From the NCBI RefSeq assembly GCF_009914755.1, contig NC_060933.1: DNA of 64,000 nucleotides. The stretch is one strand, 5' to 3'. The notes below the pieces were generated by a model. The model was given only the letters and a program-made list of their open reading frames with translations, searched no databases and was not told the origin of the DNA. The DNA comes from the human T2T-CHM13v2.0 reference genome, Homo sapiens. Of this stretch, positions 23,681 to 37,900 are shown piece by piece (position 1 is the first letter of the stretch; every line of letters starts with the position of its first letter). The position numbers were made by a program, and so were the translations under genes.

Positions 23681-26600
23681 GGAACGGAATGGAATGGAAT
23701 GGAATGGAATGGAATGGAATGGAATGGAATGCAATGGAATGGAATCAACCCGAGTGCAATCGAATGGAATCGAATGGAATGGAATGAAATGGAATGGATT
23801 CAACTTGAATGGAATGGAAACAATGGAATCAACACGAGTGGAATGGCAAGGATTGGAATGGAATGGAATGGAATCAACCCGAGTACAGGGGAATGGAATG
23901 GAATGGAATGCAATTGAATGGAATCATCCGTAATGGAATGGAAAGGAATGGAATGGAATGGAATGGAATGGAATGGAATGGAATGGAATCAACTCGATTG
24001 CAATCGAATGGAATGGAATGGAATTAACCCGAATAGAATGGAATGGAATGGAATGGAACGGAACGGAATGGAATGGAATGGAATGGAATGGAATGGAACG
24101 GAAAGGAAGGGAATGGAATGGAATAGAATGGAATGGAATGGAATCAACGCGAGTGCAATGGAATGGAGTGGAATGGAATGGAATGGAATGGAACAACCCG
24201 TATGGAATGGAATGTAATGGAGAGTAAGGGAGTTGAATAGAATCAATCCGAATGTAATGGAATGGAATGGAACGGAATGGAATTGAATGGAATGGAATGG
24301 AATGCAATGGAATGGAATCAACCCGAGTGCAATGGAATGGAGAGGAATGGAATGGAATGGAATGGAAACTACCCGAATGGAATGGAATGTAATGGAGTGT
24401 AAGGGAATTGAATAGAATCAATCCGAATGTAATGGAATGGAATGGAACGGAATGGAATGGAATGGAAAGGAATGGAATGGAATGCAATGGATTCAACTCG
24501 ATTGCAATGGAATGGAATAGAATGGAATGGAATGGAATGGAATGGAATTAATCCGAATAGAATGGAATGGAATGGAATGGAACGGAATGGAACGGAATGG
24601 AACGGAATGGAATGGAATGGAATGGTATGGAATGGAATGGAATGTTACGGAATAGAATGGAATGGAACGAATTGTAATGGAATGGAATTGAATGGAATGG
24701 AATGGAATGGAATGGAATCAACGGGAGTGCAGGGGAATGTAATGGAACGGAATGCAATGGAATGGAATCATCCGGAATGGAATGGAATGGAATGGAATGG
24801 AATGGAATGGAATGGAATGGAATCACCCCGACTGCAATGGAATGGAGTGGAATGGAATGGATTGGAATGGAACAACCCGAATGGAGTGGAATGTAATGGA
24901 GAGTAAGGGAGTTGAATAGAATCAATCCGAATGTAATGGAATGGAATGCAACGGAATGGAATGGAATGGAATGGAATGGAATGCAATGGAATTGAATCAA
25001 CCCGAGTACAATGGAATGGAATGGAATGGAATGGAATGGAATGGAATGATACGGAATAGAATGGAATGGAACGAAATGGAATGGAATGGAATGGAATGGA
25101 ATGGAATCGTTCCGAGTGGAATAGGAGGGAATGTATTCGAGTGGAATGGAAAGGAATGGTATCAACCAGAGTGGAATGGAAGGGAATGGAATGGAATGGA
25201 AACTAATAGAATGGAATCAACCCGAGTGGAACGGAATGGAAAGGACTGGAATGGAATGGAATGGAATGGAATCAACTCGATTGTAATGGAATGGAATGGA
25301 ATGGAATGTAATGGAATGGAATGGAATAGAATTAACCCGAATACAATGGAATGGAATGGAATGGAACGGAATGGAGTGGAATGGAATGGAATCAACCCGA
25401 GTGCAGGGGAATGGAATGGAATGGAATGCAATGGAATGGAATCATCCGGAATGGAATGGAATGGAATGGAATGCAAAGCAATGGAATCAACTCGATTCCA
25501 ATGGAATGGAATGGAATGGAAAGGAATACATTGGAATCAACCCGAGTGGAATGGAATGGAAAGGACTGGAATGGAGTAGAATGGAATGGAATGGAATGGA
25601 ATGGAATGGAATCAACTCGATTGGAATGGAATGGAATGGAATGGAATAGAATTAACCCGAATAGAATGGAATGGAATGGAATGGAACGGAATGGAATGGA
25701 ATGGAATGGAATGGAATGGAATGGAATGGAATCAACCCGACTGCAGGGGAATGGAATGGAATGGAATGCAATGGAATGGATTCAACTTGAATGGAATGGA
25801 AAGAATGGAATCAACACGAGTGGAATGGCATGGATTGGAATGGAATGGAATGGAATCAACCCGAGTACAGGTGAATAGAATGGAATGGAATGCAATGGAA
25901 TGGAATCATCCGTAATGGAATGGAAAGGAATGGAATGGAATGGAATAGAATGGAATGGAATCAACTCGATTGCAATCGAATGGAATGGAATGGAATTAAC
26001 CCGAATAGAATGGAATGGAATGGAATGGAATGGAACGGAACGGAATGGAATGGATTGGAATGGAATGGAATGGAATCAACGCGAGTGCAGGGGAATGGAA
26101 TGGAATGGAATGCAATGGAATGGAGTCTTCCGGAATGGAATGGAATGGAATGGAATGGAATGGAATGGAATGGAATGGAATAAACCCGAGTGCAATGGAA
26201 TGGAGTGGAATGGAATGGAATGGAATGGAACAACCCGAATGGAATGGAATGTAATGGAGAGTAAGGGAGTTGAATTGAATCAATCCGAATGTAATGGAAT
26301 GGAATGGAACGGAATGGAATTGAATGGAATGGAATGGAATGCAATGGAATGGAATCAACCCGAGTGCAATGGAATGGAGAGGAATGGAATGGAATGGAAA
26401 CTACCCGAATGGAATGGAATGTAATGGAGTGTAAGGGAATTGAATAGAATCAATCCGAATGTAATGGAATGGAATGGAACGGAATGGAATCGAATGGAAT
26501 GGAATGGAATGGAATGGAATGCAAAGGAATGGAATCAACCCGAGTGCAATCGAATGGAATCGAATGGAATGGCATGCAATGGAATGGATTCAACTTGAAT

Positions 26601-29600
26601 GGAATGGAAAGAATGGAATCAACACGAGTGGAATGGCATGGATTGGAATGGAATGGAATGGAATCAACCCGAGTACAGGGGAATGGAATGGAATGAAATG
26701 CAATGGAATGGAATCATCCGTAATGCAATGGAAAGGAATGGAATGGAATGGAATAGAATGGAATGGAATGAAATCAACTCGATTGCAATCGAATGGAATG
26801 GAATGGAATTAACCCGAATAGAATGGAATGGAATGGAATGGAACGGAACGGAATGGAATGGAATGGAATGGAATGGAATGGAATGGAATGGAATGGAACG
26901 GAACGGAATGGATGGAATCGAATGGAATGGAATGGAATGGAATGGAATTAACGCGAGTGCAGGGGAATGGAATGGAATGGAATGCAATGGAATGGAATCT
27001 TCCGGAATGGAATGGAATGGAATGGAATGGAATGAAATGCAATTGATTAAACTCGATTGCAATGGAATGGAATAGAATGGAATGGAATGGAATGCAATGG
27101 AATGGAATTAACCCGAATAGAATGGAATGCAATGGAATGGTATTAACCCGAATAGAATGGAATGGAATGGAATGGAAAGGAATGGAACGGAATGGAATGG
27201 AATGGAATGGTATGGAATGGAATGGAATGGTACGGAATAGAATGGAATGGAAGGAATTGTAATGGAATGCAATTGAATGGAATGGAATGGAATGGAATGG
27301 AATCAACGCCAGTGCAGGGGAATGTAATGGAACGGAATGCAATGGAATGGATTCATCCGGAATGGAATTGAATGGAATGGAATGGAATGGAATCAACCCG
27401 AGTGCAATGGAATGGAGTGGAATGGAATGGAATGGAATGGAATGGAACAACCCAAATGGAATGGAATGTAATGGAGAGTAAGGGAGATGAATAGAATCAA
27501 TCCGAATGTAATGGAATGGAATGGAATGGAATGGAATGGAATAGAATGGAATGGAATGCAATGGAATGGAATCAACCCGAGTACAATCGAATGGAATGGA
27601 ATGGAATGGAATGGAATGCCTTCAAACCGAATGGAATGGAAAGGAATGGAATCAACACGAGTGGAATGGAATGGAATGGAATGGAATGGAATGGAATGGA
27701 ATGGAATGATACGGAATAGAATGGAATGGAACGAAATTGAATGGAATGGAATGGAATGGAATGGAATGGAATGGAATGGAATGGAATGGAATCTTTCCGA
27801 GTGGAATATGAGGGTATGTATTCGAGTGGAATGGAAAGGAATGGAATCAACCAGAGTGGAATGGAAGGGAATGGAATGGAATGGAAACTAATAGAATGGA
27901 ATCAACCCGAGTGGAATGGAAAGGAAAAGACTGGAATGGAAAGGAATGGAATGGAATGGAATGGAATGGAATGGAATCAACGCGAGTGCAGGGGAATGGA
28001 ATGGAATCGAATGGAATGGAATGGAATGGAATGGAATCAACCCGAGTGCAGGGGAATGTAATGGAACGGAATGCAATGGAATGGAACCATCCGGAATGGA
28101 ATGGAAAGGAATGGAATGGAATCAACCGGAGTGCAATGGAATGGATTGGAATGGAATGGAATGGAATGGAACAACCCGAATGGAATGGAATGTAATGGAG
28201 AGGTAGGGAGTTGAAAAGAATCAATCCGAATGTAATGGAATGGAGTGGAACGGAATGGAATGGAATGGAATGGAATGGAATGGAATGGAATGGAATGGAA
28301 TGCAATGCAATGGAATCAACCCGAGTACAATGGAATGGAATGGAATGGAATGGAATGGAATGGAATGGAATGGAATACAATGGAATGGAATCTTCCGGAA
28401 TGGAATGGAATGGAATGGAATGGAATGCAATGGATTCAACTCGATTGCAATGGAATGTAATAGAATGGAATGGAATGGAATGGAATGGAATTAAACCGAA
28501 TAGAATGGAATGGAATGGAATGGAACGGAACGGAACGGAACGGAACGGAACGGAGTGGAATGGAATGGAATGGAATTGTATGGAATGGAATGGAATGGTA
28601 CGGAATAGAATGGAATGGAAAGAATTGGAATGGAATGGAATCGAATGGAATGGAATGGAATGGAATGGAATCAACCCGAGTGCAGGGGAATGTAATGGAA
28701 CGGAATGCAATGGAATGGAATCATCCGGAATGGAATGGAATGGAATGGAATGGAATGGAATGGAATGGAATGGAATCAACCCGAGCGCAATGGAATGGAG
28801 TGGAATGGAATGGAATGGAATGGAACAACGCGAATGGAATGGAATGTAATGCAGTGTAAGGGAATAGAATAGAATCAATCCGAATGTAATGGAATGGAAT
28901 GGAACGGAATGGAATGGAATGGAATGGAATGGAATGGAACAACCCGAATGGAATGGAATGTAATGGAGAGTTAGGGAGTTCAATAGAATCAATCCGAATA
29001 TAATGGAATGGAATGGAATGGAATGGAATGGAATGGAATGGAATGGAATGCAATGGAATGGAATCAACCCGAGTACAATGGAACGGAATGTAATGTAATG
29101 TAATGGAATGGAATGGAATGGAATGGAATGGAATGGAATCAACCCGACTGCAATGGAATGGAGAGGAATGGAATGGAATTGAATGGAAACTACCCGAATG
29201 GAATGGAATGTAATGGAGTGTAAGGGAATTGAATAGAATCAATCCGAATGGAATGGAATGGAATGGAAAGGAATGTAATGGAATGGAATGGAATGGAATC
29301 AACCCGATTGCAGGGGAATGGAATGGAAAGGAATGCAATGGAATGGAACCATCCGGAATGAAATGGAATGGAATGCAATGGAATGGAATGGAATGGAATC
29401 AACCCGAGTGCAATGGAATGGAGTGAAATGGAATGGAATGGAATGGAAACGACCAGAATGGATTGGAATATAATGGAGTGTAAGGGAACTGAATAGAATC
29501 AATCTGAATGTAATGAAATGGAATGGAACGGAATGGAATGGATTGGAATGGAATGGAATGGAATGGAATACAATGCAATGGAATCAACCCGAGTGCAATC

Positions 29601-30599
29601 GAATGGAATCGAATGGAATGGAATGCAATGGAATGGATTCAACTTGAATGGAATGGAAAGAATGGAATCAACACGAGTGGAATGGCATGGATTGGAATGG
29701 AATGGAATGGGAACACCCCGAGTACAGGGGAATGGAATGGAATGGAATGCAATGGAATGGAATCATCCGTAATGGAATGGAAAGGAATGGAATGGAACGG
29801 AATGGAATGGAATGGAATGGAATGGAATAAACTCAATTGCAATCGAATGGAATGGAATGGAATTAACCCGAATAGAATGGAATGGAATGGAATGGAAAGG
29901 AACGGAATGGAATGGAATGGAATGGAAAGGAACGGAATGGAATGGAATGGAATGGAATGGAACGGAACGGAATGGAATGGAATGGAATGGAATGGAATTA
30001 AATGGAATCAACGCGAGTGCAAGGGAATGGAATGGAATGGAATGCAATGGAACGGAATCTTCCGGAATGGAATGGAATTGAATGGAATGAAATGCAATGG
30101 ATTCAACTCGATTGCAATGGAATGGAATAGAAAGGAATGGAATGGAATGGAATGGAATGGAATGGAATGGAATGGAATTAACCCGAATAGAATGGAATCG
30201 AATGGAATGGAACGGAATGGAACGGAATGGAATGGAATGGAATGGAATGGAATGGAATGGTTTGCAATGGAATGGAATGGTACGGAATAGAATGGAATGG
30301 AACGAATTGTAATGGAATGGAATTGAACGGAATGGAATGGAATGGAATGGAATCAACGCGAGTGCAGGGGAATGTAATGGAACGGAATGCAATGGAATGG
30401 AATCATCCGGAATGGAATGGAATGGAATGGAATGGAATGGAATCAATCCGAGTGCAATGGAATGGAGTGGAATGGAATGGAATGGAATGGAACAACCCGA
30501 ATGGAATGGAATGTAATGGAGAGTAAGGGAGTTGAGTAGAATCAATCCGAATGTAATGGAATGGAATGCAACGGAATGGAATGGAATGGAATGGAATGG

Positions 30600-32740
30600 A
30601 ATGGAATGCAAAGGAATGGAATCAACCCGAGTGGAATGGCATGGAATGGAATGCAATGGATTGGAATGGAATGGAATCAACTCGAGTGGAAAGGAATGGA
30701 ATGGAATGGAAAGGAATGGAATGAAGTCAACTCGAGTGGAATGGAATGGAATGGAATGGATTGGAATGGATTGCAATGGAATGGAATGGAATGGAATCAA
30801 TCATGGAAGGGAATGTAATGGAGTGGAAAGAAGGGAATGGAATCAACCCGAGTGGAATGCAAGGCAATGGAATGGAATGGAAAGGGATGGAATGGAATCA
30901 ACTCGATTGCAATGGAATGGAATGGAATGGAATGGAAAGGAATGGAATGGAATGAAATGGAATGGAATGGAATGCAATGGAATGGAATGGAATGGAATGG
31001 AATGGAACGGTACCGAATGGAATGGAATGGAATGGAATGGAATGGAATGGAATGCAACGGAAAGGAATTGAATGGAATGGAATGGAATCAACGCGAGTGC
31101 AGGGGAATGGAATGGAATGGAATGCAATGGAATGGAATCTTCCGGAATGGAATGGAATGGAATGGAATGGAAGGGAATGGAATGGAATAAACCCGAGTGC
31201 AATGGAATGGAGTGGAATAGAATGGAATGCAATGGAGCAACCCGAACGGAATGGAATGTAATGGAGAGTAAGGGAGTTGAATAGAATCAATCCGAATGTA
31301 ATGGAAAGGAATGGAACGGAATGGAATTGAATGGAATGGAATGGAATGCAAAGGAATGGTATCAACCCGAGTGCAATGGAATGCAGAGGAATGGAATGGA
31401 ATGGAATGGAAACTACCCGAATGGAATGGAATGTAATGGAGTGTAAGGGAATTGAATAGAATCAATCCGAATGTAATGGAATGGAATGGAACGGAATGGA
31501 ATGGAATGGAATGGAATGGAATGCAATGCAATGGAATGGAATCAACCCGAGTGCAATCGAATGGAATCGAATGGAATGGAATGCAATGGAATGGAATCAT
31601 CCGTAATGGAATGGAAAGGAATGGAATGGAATGGAATGGAATGGAATGGAATGGAATGGAATCAACTCGATTGCAATCGAATGGAATGGAATGGAATTAA
31701 CCCGAATAGAATGGAATGGAATGGAATGGAACGGAACGGAATGGAATGGAATGGAATGGAATGGAATGGAACGGAAAAGAAGGGAATGGAATGGAATAGA
31801 ATGGAATGGAATGGAATCAACGCGAGTGCAGGGGAATGGAATGGAATGGAATGCAATGGAATGGAATCTTCCGGAATGGAATGGAATGGAATGAAATGCA
31901 ATGGATTCAACTTGATTGCAATGGAATGTAATAGAATGGAATGGAATGGAATGGAATGGAATTAACCCGAATAGAATGGAATGGAATGGAATGGAACGGA
32001 ATGGAACGGAATGGAACGCAATGGAATGGAATGGAATGGAATGGAATGGTATGGAATGGAATGGAGTGGTACGGAATAGAATGGAATGGAACGAATTGTA
32101 ATGGAATGGAATTGAATGGAATGGAATGGAATGGAATGGAATCAACGCGAGTGCAGGGGAATGTAATGGAACGGAATGCAATGGAATGGAATCATCCGGA
32201 ATGGAATGGAATGGAATGGAATGGAATGGAATCAACCCGAGTGCAATGGAATGGAGTGGAATGGAATGGAATGGAATGGAACAACCCGAATGGAATGGAA
32301 TGTAATGGAGAGTAAGGGAGTTGAATAGAATCAATCCGAATGTAATGGAAAGGAATGCAAAGGAATGGAATGGAATGGAATGCAATGGAATGGAATGGAA
32401 TGGAATGCAAAGGAATGGAATCAACCCGAGTGGAATGGCATGGAATGGAATGCAATGGATTGGAATGGAATGGAATCAACTCGAGTGGAAAGGAATGGAA
32501 TGGAATGGAAAGGAATGGAATGAAGTCAACTCGAGTGGAATGGAATGGAATGGAATGGATTGTAATGGATTGCAATGGAATGAAATGGAATGGAATGGAA
32601 TGGAATCAATCATTCCGAGTGGAATGGAAGGGAATGTAATGGAGTGGAAAGAAGGGAATGGAATCAACCCGAGTGGAATGCAAGGCAATGGAATGGAATG
32701 GAAAGGAATGGAATGGAAACAACTCGATTGCAATGGAATG
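30600..32740 (+). repeat. Two ~1.8 kb-spaced copies of a distinctive XhoI-containing module (repeated at ~51880-53960)
   Basis: CAACTCGAGTGGAAAGG...TGAAGTCAACTCGAG...GGAGTGGAAAGAAGGG...GCAAGGCAATGG occurs at ~30680-30870 and ~32480-32690. CTCGAG sites are at 30681, 30731, 32480 and 32530. Confidence 0.85.
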
Positions 32741-32879
32741 GAATGGAAAGGAATGGAATGGAATGGAATTAACCGGAATAGAATGGAATGGAATGGAATG
32801 GAACGGAATGGAATGGAATGGGAGGGAATGGAATCAACACGAGTGCAGGAGAATGGAATGGAATGGAATGCAATGAAAT

Positions 32880-34520
32880 GGAATCATCCAGAATGGAATG
32901 GAATGGAATGGAATAAACTCCATTGCAATGGAATGGAATGGAATGGAATGGAATAGAATGGAATGGAATTAACCCGAATAGAATGGAATGCAATAGAATG
33001 GAATGCAACGGAACCGAATGGAGTGGAATGGAATGGAATGGAATCAACCCGAGTACAGGGGAATGGAATGGAATGGAATGCAATGGAATGGAGTCATCCG
33101 TAATGGAATGGAAAGGAATGGAATGGAATGGAATGGAATGGAATGGAATGGAATCAACTCGATGGCAATCGAATGGAATGCAATGGAATTAACCCGAATA
33201 GAATGGAATGGAATGGAATGGAACGGAACGGAATGGAATTGAATGGAATGGAACGGAATGGAACGGAACGGAATGGAATGGAATGGAATGGAATGGAACG
33301 GAATGGAACGGAAAGGAAGGGAATGGAATGGAACGGAACGGAACGGAACAGAATGGAATGGATTGGAATGGAATGGAATGGAATGGAATGGAACGGAATG
33401 GAATGGATTGGAATGGAATGGAATGGAATGGAATGGAACGGAACGGAATGGAATGGATTGGAATGGAATGGAATGGAATGGAATGGAACGGAATGGAATG
33501 GAATGGAATGGAATGGAATCAACGCGAGTGCAGGTGAATGGAATGGAATGGAATGCAATGGAATGGAATCTTCCGGAATGGAATGGAATGGAATGGAATG
33601 GAATGGAATGGAATGGAATGGAATAAACCCGAGTGCAATGGAATGGAGTGGAATGGAATGGAATGGAATGGAACAACCCGAATGGAATGGAATGTAATGG
33701 AGAGTAAGGGAGTTGAATAGAATCAATCCGAATGTAATGGAATGGAATGGAACGGAATGGAATTGAATGGAATGGAATGGAATGCAATGGATTGGAATCA
33801 ACCCGAGTGCAATGGAATGGAGGGGAATGGAATGGAATGGAATGGAATGGAAACTACCCGAATGGAATGGAATGTAATGGAGTGTAAGGGAATTGAATAG
33901 AATCAATCCGAATGTAATGGAATGGAATGGAACGGAATGGAATCGAATGGAATGGAATGGAATGGAATGGAATGCAATGGAATGGAATCAACCCGAGTGC
34001 AATCGAATGGAATCGAATGGAATGGCATGCAATGGAATGGATTCAACTTGAATGGAATGGAAAGAATGGAATCAACACGAGTGGAATGGCATGGATTGGA
34101 ATGGAATGGAATGGAATCAACCCGAGTACAGGGGAATGGAATGGAATGGAATGCAATGGAATGGAATCATCCAGAATGGAATGGAATGGAATGGAATAAA
34201 CTCCATTGCAATGGAATGGAATGGAATGGAATGGAATAGAATGGAATGGAATTAACCCGAATAGAATGGAATGCAATAGAATGGAATGCAACGGAACCGA
34301 ATGGAGTGGAATGGAATGGAATGGAATCAACCCGAGTACAGGGGAATGGAATGGAATGGAATGCAATGGAATGGAGTCATCCGTAATGGAATGGAAAGGA
34401 ATGGAATGGAATGGAATGGAATGGAATGGAATGGAATGGAATGGAATCAACTCGATGGCAATCGAATGGAATGCAATGGAATTAACCCGAATAGAATGGA
34501 ATGGAATGGAATGGAACGGA
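32880..34520 (+). repeat. ~350-bp module duplicated at 1283-bp spacing (repeated at ~54100-55740; diverged relative at ~62570-62880)
   Basis: CATCCAGAAT...TAAACTCCATTGC...GGAACCGAATGGAGT...GAGTCATCCG...CTCGATGGCAATCG occurs at ~32885-33230 and ~34168-34515. ORFs 32923/34206 agree. Confidence 0.85.
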
Positions 34521-34730
34521 ATGGAATGGAATGGAATGGAATCAACTCGATTGTAATGGAATGGAATGGAATGGAATGGAATGGAATGGAATTAACCTGA
34601 ATACAATGGAATGGAATGGAATGGAACGGAATGGAGTGGAATGGAATGGAATCAACCCGAGTGCAGGGGAATGGAATGGAATGGAATGCAATGGAATGGA
34701 ATCATCCGGAATGGAATGGAATGGAATGGA

Positions 34731-34985
34731 ATGCAAAGCAATGGAATCAACTCGATTGCAATGGAATGGAATGGAATGGAAAGGAATACATTGGAATCAA
34801 CCCGAGTGGAATGGAATGGAAAGGACTGGAATGGAGTGGAATGGAATGGAATGGAATGGAATGCAAAGCAATGGAATCAACTCGATTGCAATGGAATGGA
34901 ATGGAATGGAAAGGAATACATTGGAATCAACCCGAGTGGAATGGAATGGAAAGGACTGGAATGGAGTGGAATGGAATGGAATGGA
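34731..34985 (+). repeat. 130-bp local tandem duplication (also at 55951-56205)
   Basis: ATGCAAAGCAATGGAATCAACTCGATTGC...ATACATTGG...GGACTGGAATGGAGTGG occurs at 34731 and 34861. Confidence 0.9.
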
Positions 34986-37900
34986 ATCAACTCGATTGGA
35001 ATGGAATGGAATGGAAAGGAATTAACCCGAATAGAATGGAATGGAATGGAATGGAACGGAAAGGAACGGAATGGAATGGAATGGAATGGAATGGAATGGA
35101 ATGGAATGGAATAGAATCAACCCGACTGCAGGGGAATCGAATGGAATGGAATGCAATGGAATGGATTCAACTTGAATGGAATGGAAAGAATGGAATCAAC
35201 ACGAGTGGAATGGCATGGATTGGAATGGAATGGAATGGAATCAACCCGAGTACAGGGGAATGGAATGGAATGGAATGCAATGGAATGGAATCATCCGTAA
35301 TGGAATGGAAAGGAATGGAATGGAATGGAATGGAATGGAATGGAATGGAATGGAATGGAATCAACACGAATGCAATCGAATGGAATGGAATGGAATTAAC
35401 CCGAATAGAATGGAATGGAATGGAATGGAACGGAACGGAATGGAATGGAATGGAATGGAATGGAACGGAACGGAACGGAATGGAATGGAATGGAATGAAA
35501 TGCAATGGATCCAACACGATTGCAATGGAATGGAATAGAATGGAATGGAGTGGAATGGAATGGGATTAACCCGAATAGAATGGAATGGAATGGAATGGAA
35601 TGGAATGGAACGGAATGCAACGGAATGGAATGGAATGGAATGGAATGGAATGGAATGGTATGTTATGGAATGGAATGGTACGGAATAGAATGGAGTGGAA
35701 CGAATTGCAATGGAATGGAATTGAATGGAATGGAATGGAATGGAATGGAATCAACGCGAGTGCAGGGGAATGTAATGGAACGGAATGCAATGGAATGGAA
35801 TCATCCGGAATGGAATGGAATGGAATGGAATGGAATGGAATGGAACGGAATGGAATGGAATGGAATGGAATGGAATGGAATCAACCCGAGTGCAATCGAA
35901 TGGAATCGAATGGAAAGGAATGCAATGGAATGGATTCAACTTGAATGGAATGGAAAGAATGGAATCAACACGAGTGGAAGGGCATGGATTGGAATGGAAT
36001 GGAATGGAATCAACTCGATTGCAATCGAATGGAATGGAATGGAATTAACCCGAATAGAATGGAATGGAATGGAATGGAATGGAATGGAACGGAACGGAAT
36101 GGAATGGAATGGAATGGAATGGAATGGAATCAACGCGAGTGCAGGGGAATGGATTGGAATGGAATGCAATGGAATGGAATCTTCCGGAATGGAATGGAAT
36201 GGAATGGAATAGAATGGAATGGAATGGAATGGAATGGAATGGAATCAAACCGAATACAGGGGAATGGAATGGAATGGAATGCAGTGGAATGGAATCATCC
36301 GTAATGGAATGGAAAGGAATGGAATGGAATGGAATGGAATGGAATGGAATGGAATGGAATGCAATCAACTCGATTGCAATCGAATGGAATGGAATGGAAT
36401 TAACCCGAATAGAATGGAATGGAATGGAACGGAATGGAACGGAACGGAATGGAATGGAATGGAATGGAACGGAACGGAACGGAACGCAATGGAATGGAAT
36501 GGAATGGAATCAACGCGACTGCAGGGGAATGGAATGGAATGGAATGCAATGGAAAGGAATCTTCCGGAATGGAATGGAATGGAATGGAATGGAATGCAAT
36601 AGATTCAACTCGATTGCAATGGAATGGAATAGAATGGAATGGAATGGAATGGAATGGAATTAACCCGAATAGAATGGAATGGAATGGAATGGAATGGAAT
36701 GGAATGGAACGGAACGGAACGGAACGGAACGGAATGGAATGGAATGGAATGGAATGGAATGGTATGGAATGGAATGGAATCAACGCGAGTGCAGGGGAAT
36801 GGAATGGAATGGAATGAAATGGAATGGAATCAACTCGATTGCAATCGAATGGAATGGAATGGAATTAACCCGAATAGAATGGAATGGAATGGAATGGAAA
36901 GGAACGGAACGGAATGGAATGGAATGGAATGGAACGGAACGGAACGGAACGGAATGGAATGGAATGGAATGGAATGGAATGGAATGGAATGGAATCAACG
37001 CGAATGCAGGGGAATGGAATGGAATGGAATGCAATGGAATGGAATCTTCCGGAATGGAATGGAATTGAATGGAATGGAATGGAATGGTATGGAATAAACC
37101 CGAGTGCAATGGAAAGGAGTGGAATGGAATGGAATGGAATGTAACAACCCGAATGGAATGGAATGTAATGGAGACTAAGGGAGTTGAATAGAATCAAACC
37201 GAATGTAATGGAATGGAATGGAACGGAATGGAATTGAATGGAATGGAATGGAATGGAATGCAATGGAATGGAAACTTCCGGAATGGAATGGAATGGAATG
37301 GAATGGAATGAAATGCAATGGATTCAACTCGATTGCAATGGAATGGAATAGAATGGAATGGAATGGAATGGAATGGAATTAATCCGAATAGAATGGAATG
37401 GAATGGAATGGAACGGAATGGAACGGAAAGGAATGGAATGGAACGGAATGGAATGGAATGGAATGGAATGGTATGGAATGGAATGGAATGGTACGGAATA
37501 GAATGGAATGGATCGAATTGTAATGGAATGGAATTGAATGGAATGGAATGGAATGGAATGGAATGGAATGGAATCAACGTGAGTGCAGGGGAATGTAATG
37601 GAACGGAATGCAATGGAATGGAATCATCCGGAATGGAATGGAATGGAATGGAATGGAATGGTATCAACCCGAGTGCAATGGAATGGAGTGGAATGGAATG
37701 GAATGGAATGGAATGGAACAACCCGAATGGAATGGAATGTAATGGAGAGTAAGGGAGTTGAATAGAATCAATCCAAACGTAATGGAATGGAATGCAACGG
37801 AATGGAATGGAATGGAATGGAATGGAATGCAATGGAATGGAATCAACCCGAGTACAATGGAATGGAATGGAATGGAAAGGACTGGAATGGAATGGAATGG

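Noticed and set aside
32605-32620. CATTCC on the + strand suggesting an array inversion
   Set aside because: It is a single CATTC-CGAGT decamer variant flanked by GGAAT on both sides. No strand switch was seen anywhere in the window.
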